Origin: a virus
Taxonomy: Duplodnaviria; Caudoviricetes
IMG/VR virus record: IMGVR_UViG_3300030330_002885
Location: 1-64,000 of that record
DNA length: 64,000 nucleotides
Direction: 5' to 3' (one strand)
The notes beneath the pieces are model-generated. The model searched no databases and was not told where the DNA came from. It saw only the letters and a program-made list of their open reading frames with translations. Below, piece by piece: positions 58,381 through 64,000 of the stretch (positions within the stretch are counted from its first letter, which is position 1; each line of letters opens with the position of its first letter). The translations under genes and the position numbers were made by a program.

Positions 58381-58962
58381 ATGACTCCTATTAATTTAGG
58401 TCTTATAGGAACGGTTGCTCAAGCAGGGCAAGGTTCTGTTGCCGTACCAACAGGTGTTAGTATTGCAGAAGCCGCAAGTAGTGGACAAAATAATTCATTT
58501 AAAGTTGCTGATGAAGGGCCAGATGTAATGACTGTTGATTATTCTGATTGGTCAAGTGCAACAAGTGAATCTTTTGGAACGCAATATGAAAGAGAAGTTA
58601 GCGCAGGTGATTTAGGAGATTTTAACAGTATAGGATATATTAGATTAACTCCTTTTGCTTATTTACGAGCAACAGGGGCTACATCTTTTTCATGGTCTAA
58701 TGGAGTATATTCACACAATTTTAGTTCTGGTAGTGCTCATCCAACTGCTTCTGTTGGTGGTAATAGTAATAATAGTCAAGATGCAACAGGTAGTGGTGGA
58801 ATGGGTATTTATTTCCAAATAACTCCGGGTTCTGGTAGAGGTGGTGGTTATAATTGGCCTTCAGACGGAAATTATGTTATTTTCAAATTAACAGGAACTG
58901 CTACTAATTCAGGTGGCGATACAGAAGTAGATTTATACTTAAAGTATTCATTTACGGAGTGA
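58381..58962 (+). CDS. Fibre-associated beta-rich protein
   Basis: G/S-rich ORF after the fibres. Confidence 0.6.
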   Translation: MTPINLGLIGTVAQAGQGSVAVPTGVSIAEAASSGQNNSFKVADEGPDVMTVDYSDWSSATSESFGTQYEREVSAGDLGDFNSIGYIRLTPFAYLRATGATSFSWSNGVYSHNFSSGSAHPTASVGGNSNNSQDATGSGGMGIYFQITPGSGRGGGYNWPSDGNYVIFKLTGTATNSGGDTEVDLYLKYSFTE

Positions 58963-58966
58963 TATT

Positions 58967-59509
58967 ATGAAAATAGATATTAGTATTCCTGCTGGTATAT
59001 CGGGTGATTTTGAAATCGCTCACTATACTAAAGATACAACTGATAATAGATGGCCTCTATATTTACTTCACACGAATGAATCTTATGATAACTATACTGT
59101 ATTATTAAAGGAAGGTTGTGATATGCCGATAATGCAAGATTCAGAAGCAGAATATAACGACCATCAATGGTTATGGGATAATGCAGAAGGAGATATATTA
59201 ATCGGTGGATTAGGTATTGGATTAGTTAACCATGTTTTATTAAATAATTCAAACATTACATCAATTACTATCATTGAAAAGTATCAAGATGTAATAGATT
59301 TAGTTTGGGAACATTGCGCTAAAGATGAAAGATTTAATTTAATTCACGCAGATATAGAAACATGGGAAATACCCAATGATAGTCAATGGGATATTGGCTT
59401 CTTTGATACATGGCTCACAGATAATGATTGGTCTTTAGACGAATACAAAAATAATATGATAAATAAATACTCTCCACATATTACACAAATGAATGGGTGG
59501 GGATGGTAA
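58967..59509 (+). CDS. Class I SAM-dependent methyltransferase/spermidine-synthase-like protein
   Basis: ILIGGLGIG, ITIIEK, LIHADI, WDIGFFDTW. Confidence 0.75.
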   Translation: MKIDISIPAGISGDFEIAHYTKDTTDNRWPLYLLHTNESYDNYTVLLKEGCDMPIMQDSEAEYNDHQWLWDNAEGDILIGGLGIGLVNHVLLNNSNITSITIIEKYQDVIDLVWEHCAKDERFNLIHADIETWEIPNDSQWDIGFFDTWLTDNDWSLDEYKNNMINKYSPHITQMNGWGW

Positions 59510-59518
59510 GGTGATAAA

Positions 59519-59815
59519 ATGGCTTTAGAATTAGATTACGAACATGAACTAGGATTTATGATGAATGGAATGTATGCAAAAATAACAAGAATATCTATAG
59601 AAAACGAAAATAATAGCGAAGGTACTACAGTAAATTATACTGTAGGATATTATAAAAATGAAACCGCTAGACAAGAAGGAGAAAATCCTTTTCACGGTAT
59701 AAGTTTTTCAATGCCTTTAAATATAGATAATGCAAAAACTCAATATAATCTATTGAAACAATGTTATCTTCATTTGAAAACACAAGAAGGTTTTACTGAT
59801 GCAACCGACAGTTGA
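59519..59815 (+). CDS. Fibre-associated small protein
   Basis: QCYLHLKTQEGF.DA.D ending typical of genes next to phage fibres; GGTGA RBS. Confidence 0.6.
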   Translation: MALELDYEHELGFMMNGMYAKITRISIENENNSEGTTVNYTVGYYKNETARQEGENPFHGISFSMPLNIDNAKTQYNLLKQCYLHLKTQEGFTDATDS

Positions 59816-59912
59816 AGGCATTTGCATTTTTTGTTGGGCATATAGACGCATAGAATATTGTAGATTAAATGGAGTCTTTTGTACTGTTTGCGGTAATTAT
59901 CAAAAATGTTAA
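59799..59912 (+). CDS. Unlisted 37-aa zinc-finger microprotein
   Basis: Translated by hand: MQPTVEGICIFCWAYRRIEYCRLNGVFCTVCGNYQKC, two CxxC motifs. Confidence 0.5.
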   Translation: MQPTVEGICIFCWAYRRIEYCRLNGVFCTVCGNYQKC

Positions 59913-60185
59913 TCTATCGGGTCGAGAATATATAAACTCAGAAATTACATGGCCGAAAAAATTCAACCCATCACATCAGGTCTGAGGCCGATTAACATTG
60001 AGGGTTATTCGATAGACTAAGACCAAATCCAACGGCCTTAGGATGGCTCTATTTGGGTAAAAATCGGGTGCTGAGAATACCCCAACACGGCTCTATGGCA
60101 GGGATAAATCTAAAATAATTTATTCCAAAATAAATGCTAATTTAAGTATTTGAAAACCTAAATTAATTTAAAAAACGACTTTTAG

Positions 60186-60201
60186 AAATTTTGCAAAATT
60201 T
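60186..60201. repeat. 16-bp perfect palindrome at the convergent strand switch
   Basis: AAATTTTGCAAAATTT just beyond the stop of the last minus-strand gene. Confidence 0.5.
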
Positions 60202-60202
60202 T

Positions 60203-60361
60203 TTAGTAGGCCTCCGCCAAAGGCATTTTTTCAGACCATAGAGCATTACATTCTCTACATTCCCATATTTTTAGCCTTTGGGGAGAACCCACATAAAAAC
60301 CTATTATTCTTTTAGGTATGGTGTCCATACCACACGATTTACAATTTTCTCTAAGGCTCAC
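60203..60361 (-). CDS. Unlisted 52-aa zinc-ribbon protein
   Basis: Translated by hand: MSLRENCKSCG...IWECRECNALWSE; GTG start after GAGG. Confidence 0.7.
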   Translation of the reverse strand: MSLRENCKSCGMDTIPKRIIGFYVGSPQRLKIWECRECNALWSEKMPLAEAY

Positions 60362-60506
60362 GTCTATATTCCTCACTATTAATTAATGATTCCATATATT
60401 CTTCTATTGTTTGGTTAGAAACTCTATCACCGCTAAATGCGGCAAAGAATAGAAGACATACAGTTAATACAAAAACAACCCAGAAAATAATCTCTATTGG
60501 ACTCAT
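60351..60506 (-). CDS. Unlisted 51-aa single-TM protein
   Basis: Translated by hand: MSPIEIIFWVVFVLTVCLLFFAAFSG...; GAGGTGA RBS. Confidence 0.7.
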   Translation of the reverse strand: MSPIEIIFWVVFVLTVCLLFFAAFSGDRVSNQTIEEYMESLINSEEYRREP

Positions 60507-61103
60507 TTACCAAATCACCTCAATTTCTTTTTCTAATTCTTCATCTAATGAAAAACCCTTTACAATTCCATTATCTACCCCATGTTTCCACAAGTCATAA
60601 ACTAACTCACAATCCTTTAAACAATATTTTGCTACTTCTGAGTATTTTCCATCTTTCCAAAGAATAGGTGCTTCTTCACTAGAATATAACTTTGAATTAT
60701 CCAAAGTCCAAGTAGCAAGATTATTTAAAGAATATCTTTGACCTGTAGATTTTGTAACTTCTTTGCTAGTATCAATGTATTGTTTTTTACTAATATATTT
60801 ATTGATACAATATATATCTAAAGCATCTCTTAGAACAGGCAAATCAAATGCTTGTATGTTATGACCTAAAAGAAAAGTTCCTTTTTCTAAGTGGTCATCT
60901 AAATCATATTTAAGTTCTGATATAGGTTTTACACTAACATTAGATTTCTTTAATTCATCTACTGCTTTATCAATATAAATTGTTCCTTTATCTCCATCCC
61001 ATGTGCATACAGTAGATACCTTAAACATATGAGTATTATCCCAACCCCCAATTTCATGGGAGTAGTTTTTTGTTTCAATATCAATAGCCAATGTATTGTT
61101 CAT
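60507..61103 (-). CDS. DEDD 3'-5' exonuclease (RNase H-like)
   Basis: ExoI AIDIET, ExoII GHNIQAFDLPVL, ExoIII YCLKD. Confidence 0.88.
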   Translation of the reverse strand: MNNTLAIDIETKNYSHEIGGWDNTHMFKVSTVCTWDGDKGTIYIDKAVDELKKSNVSVKPISELKYDLDDHLEKGTFLLGHNIQAFDLPVLRDALDIYCINKYISKKQYIDTSKEVTKSTGQRYSLNNLATWTLDNSKLYSSEEAPILWKDGKYSEVAKYCLKDCELVYDLWKHGVDNGIVKGFSLDEELEKEIEVIW

Positions 61104-61108
61104 ATATT

Positions 61109-61186
61109 TCACCCAAAGAGAAAAGAAAAAGGAAAGACAATGGCGGCAATTACCATAGCAATTACACCTATTAAATCCTTAATCAT
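61109..61186 (-). CDS. Unlisted 25-aa hydrophobic micropeptide
   Basis: MIKDLIGVIAMVIAAIVFPFSFLFG fills the gap between neighbours; GGTGA upstream. Confidence 0.5.
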   Translation of the reverse strand: MIKDLIGVIAMVIAAIVFPFSFLFG

Positions 61187-61415
61187 CTTCTTCACCGCCC
61201 CATAGTTTAGATATTGTTTCTTTTTGACTCTTCTCAGGGTCAGGCATCTTAATATCTATTTCACGCTTTAAGAACGCTACAAGATGTTCACCATTTCCAA
61301 CTGCGATAATTGTGGCTAATTGCCAACCTTCATTTCCGTTAGTGTTTAGATTTTCTTCAACAACCTTAGGGCCATTCTTTACATCAAACACAATGTACTT
61401 ATGTTCATATTTCAT
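61179..61415 (-). CDS. DUF4177-like protein
   Basis: YEHKYIV...LNTNGNEGWQLATI...FLKR. Confidence 0.7.
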   Translation of the reverse strand: MKYEHKYIVFDVKNGPKVVEENLNTNGNEGWQLATIIAVGNGEHLVAFLKREIDIKMPDPEKSQKETISKLWGGEEDD

Positions 61416-62872
61416 TCTATATCCTCCGATAATCTTACATATACTGTTCTATTAATTTTTTCTACATCAAAATATTCTTCGACCTTTGCGAACCATTTGT
61501 AAATAGTAGATTCTGATTTTTTCGTCTTTTCTCTAACTTTTTGTAACAGTTCGTTTTTATTTACCCATCCTTCATCATTCTTCTTTGATTCACGATAAAC
61601 TGTTTTAAAGATTCCAATATTAGCCTTATCAGCAATACTCGCTCTCTCCGCCCTAAGGCTTTCGTCTAACCAAGTTACCAAACTCTTATAACATTGACGA
61701 ATTAAAGAAGATGCTTGAAGCACATTATTTTGCGTAACTATAAATCTTTTATTTTTATCAGTTATACTTGGTGCTTCTGCGATACAACACAATATAGATA
61801 GTTTCTGAATATGTTTCAAAATACGATTGATAAAACTACCCATCACATCAAAAACTTCTGGCCGACTATCAATAATATATCTCTCCATTAATTCACATTC
61901 TCTTTCTAATGCATCATTAGCATTAGGTGAAAATCTAATTACTTTAAGTGGGTCATTATCTACTTCTTCATACCGTTCTTTTACAGTTTCATAAATTGTT
62001 ACAAAGTTTTTAGCATAGTTTAATTTAGGTTGTTCTAACTCCCCAATCTTTCCCCAATCTTGAATTAATCTTCTTCTCATTAATTTTTGTTGCCATTGAG
62101 GAACTTCATGGATATATATTAACATTCTTTGTAAAACACCCTTTTCTGATATTACTTGAGTAAGTAATTTAGGAATATATGTAGATGCATATACAGACCT
62201 TTTACAATGGCATACTATTATTTCTCCCTCTTTGAGTTTCTTTGTTATTACCCACGTTTCTCCCCAAAGAGTATTCATAAAAGTATTCAAATAAACTACT
62301 GCTTGTTCTTTATGTTGAGATTGTTTAAATACGCCAGAATATTCAAATTCATCCCACATAGCAAGCCCATGACCTTCTAATTCACCATCAATCTGAACTT
62401 TAACATCTACAGTTCTAACATTTCCATCATCATCTTCAATAGATTGTCTTTCATTAGCAATGCTACCTATTAAAGCGGCATCTGTATATTCAACTACATC
62501 AAAAATATTAAATTCTGTTCCATGTTTGTTGTTTAAAGTTTCATTTAATAGTTTTAATATAGGTTTAACCCAATTAGTTAAGGTTGATTTACCTGTTCCT
62601 GAGGTTTGCATCCATAAAAAGTGTAATCTAGTATCATCTATATTCATATTACTCGGTATCGCTACCAAATCCTTACATAGTTGCCCTAAAATACAGAAAA
62701 AAGCAAAAGCGGCGGGAACATCATTATAATTTGATGCTTTTGTTGCATCATCAACCCACTTTTCAACAATTGCGGGCAATTTTAATTCTTTTGCTACTAA
62801 AACTTCATCAGTTTCTAAATTTTCATAAAACAATTGGTCTTCGTATTCTTCACGATTTATATTATTACTCAT
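61412..62872 (-). CDS. MCM-like AAA+ ATPase/putative replicative helicase with C-terminal winged helix
   Basis: Walker A SGTGKS, Walker B MWDEFE, Arg finger GVLQRM, lid helices. Confidence 0.7.
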   Translation of the reverse strand: MSNNINREEYEDQLFYENLETDEVLVAKELKLPAIVEKWVDDATKASNYNDVPAAFAFFCILGQLCKDLVAIPSNMNIDDTRLHFLWMQTSGTGKSTLTNWVKPILKLLNETLNNKHGTEFNIFDVVEYTDAALIGSIANERQSIEDDDGNVRTVDVKVQIDGELEGHGLAMWDEFEYSGVFKQSQHKEQAVVYLNTFMNTLWGETWVITKKLKEGEIIVCHCKRSVYASTYIPKLLTQVISEKGVLQRMLIYIHEVPQWQQKLMRRRLIQDWGKIGELEQPKLNYAKNFVTIYETVKERYEEVDNDPLKVIRFSPNANDALERECELMERYIIDSRPEVFDVMGSFINRILKHIQKLSILCCIAEAPSITDKNKRFIVTQNNVLQASSLIRQCYKSLVTWLDESLRAERASIADKANIGIFKTVYRESKKNDEGWVNKNELLQKVREKTKKSESTIYKWFAKVEEYFDVEKINRTVYVRLSEDIE

Positions 62873-63546
62873 ACTATCACTTTATTTTCACTATTTAATG
62901 TATCTATAATTCTTTTTGCAATTGTTGGCCCAATACCATCAATATTACACAATTCATTAACATTAGATTCCCCAATCTCCATTAACGACCCATATTCATT
63001 GATTAGTTTTTTGGCCTTATCATTACTAACTCCTTTAATGGTAGATAACATATCTATTCTTAAATCATCAGTAGTTATTCTTTTAAGTAAAGAAGGTTGT
63101 ATAACCTTTCTCTCTATTGGGCGCATTTTACATAAAGTAGTTAAAACTTGCGCCGCTTTCTTCGGGCTTTCAAACCATAAAACTCTACAATCGGTGTCTA
63201 ATAGTATTTTACCTATACCACCCATGAATTTATTGTAAAGCAATCTATTGTCTATATTCATCCCAACATATTTTTTATATTCCATTGCTTCTGCTAAAGA
63301 GCCATGAATTATAATAAAATTATGTTCATAGTGTCTATCCATGTTATCAATTTGATTCCAAATTCTTTTACTAATTATTGATTGTAAAAAATCAATAGAA
63401 GATTTTGCCTCAAAACACATATCTGAAAATACATAATCTCCAATTTCTAGCCACTGTTTTTCTGTCTTTATCATTAACCTGTGCGATTCTGATTTAATAT
63501 ACTCATACAATTCTGAATTTTCTCTACTATCAATTATTAGTTTCAT
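62869..63546 (-). CDS. ERCC4/XPF-family structure-specific nuclease with (HhH)2
   Basis: IIDSRE, GDYVF, FEAKS..DF, HhH motifs IKGVS and IDGIGP; start placed at MKLIIDSRE. Confidence 0.88.
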   Translation of the reverse strand: MKLIIDSRENSELYEYIKSESHRLMIKTEKQWLEIGDYVFSDMCFEAKSSIDFLQSIISKRIWNQIDNMDRHYEHNFIIIHGSLAEAMEYKKYVGMNIDNRLLYNKFMGGIGKILLDTDCRVLWFESPKKAAQVLTTLCKMRPIERKVIQPSLLKRITTDDLRIDMLSTIKGVSNDKAKKLINEYGSLMEIGESNVNELCNIDGIGPTIAKRIIDTLNSENKVIV

Positions 63547-63643
63547 GTATTCATCACCAACCATACTCCTTCTAAAATAGCATCCCATTCCCAATGATAA
63601 TCACATAAAGGGAATATAAGAAATAATCTACAATCTAGATTAT

Positions 63644-64000
63644 TCATTCACTATACCTCCAACACTTACCAATACAATACCCCTGCGGTATTAATTTACC
63701 TTTACATGAAGGTGCATGATAACCACCATTAACTGCAAACCTAACGTGTTTTTCAGTTACAGATTTATCCCAATCCATCCACACTTCATCATTAGATGCA
63801 ATAGTTTCTAACTCCTTCATAATTATTTGTATTATTTCTTCTTGTTTTTCTACTGTTATTTCTCTTTCACCCATTGATAATATATCTCTATACCATTGAA
63901 CAAGATAAACTCTAGCAAAATGGCCCGGATTTTCTACCATAATAGAATTATACAAACAAGGTATAATAGGTAAATCGCCGGGAGATTTAGGGCTTTCTAT
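63644..64000 (-). CDS. Primase large-subunit (PriL)-like Fe-S domain, truncated by the window edge
   Basis: IIPCL...GHFARVYL...YHAPSC...GYCIGKC; frame open to 64000. Confidence 0.75.
   Translation of the reverse strand: MESPKSPGDLPIIPCLYNSIMVENPGHFARVYLVQWYRDILSMGEREITVEKQEEIIQIIMKELETIASNDEVWMDWDKSVTEKHVRFAVNGGYHAPSCKGKLIPQGYCIGKCWRYSE

Noticed and set aside
59913-60202. tRNA, replication origin or 23-aa ORF (59949-60020) in the strand-switch gap
   Set aside because: No cloverleaf or T-loop consensus and no iterated origin boxes are visible. The ORF lacks an RBS. There is too little evidence to call a feature.
4675-63238. Alternative-frame ORFs 4675-4869, 54505-54720 and 62834-63238, and 5' extensions of ORFs 2905, 4890, 7471, 13235, 16360, 28273 and 63594
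   Set aside because: They overlap better-supported genes. Downstream ATGs with RBS, tag or coupling give more plausible starts.
1-64000. Alternative genetic code or stop-codon readthrough
   Set aside because: Hallmark genes are full length under the standard code, and TAA, TAG and TGA all act as stops at coupled gene junctions.

Overview
This AT-rich 64 kb window is part of a tailed dsDNA archaeal virus genome (Caudoviricetes, HK97 fold, probably siphovirus-like). It most resembles the marine Poseidoniales/MGII 'magroviruses'. That assignment is inferred from GGTGA/GAGG ribosome-binding sites, a PriL-like Fe-S primase subunit, an ERCC4/XPF nuclease, an MCM-like ATPase and an ATP-dependent ligase; no database was searched. 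From 73 to about 59900 the + strand carries one long late region, in this order: about 16 kb of mostly orphan genes, terminase, a LAGLIDADG protein, portal, ligase, prohead protease/scaffold, major capsid protein, a membrane-protein/small-GTPase cluster, head-tail genes, tail tube, a chaperone with a -1 frameshift, tape measure, tail tip and two fibres. From about 60200 to 64000 the - strand carries the end of a replication module. Two candidate undescribed systems stand out. (1) At least 23 otherwise unrelated proteins begin with the same short tag, M-(x)-W-x-x-[ILV]-[ILV]-K. Copies also occur at C-termini and internally, and matching hydrophobic-hydrophobic-K|S/A sites occur in the protease, scaffold and capsid protein. 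This looks like an archaeal-virus counterpart of the T4 capsid-targeting sequence, loading many cargo proteins into the head. (2) An Arf/Sar1-like small GTPase sits in an operon with membrane proteins inside the virion-assembly region. Codon choices also suggest avoidance of GATC, AGCT, GCWGC, CCWGG and GGWCC. All family calls come from motif recognition by eye.
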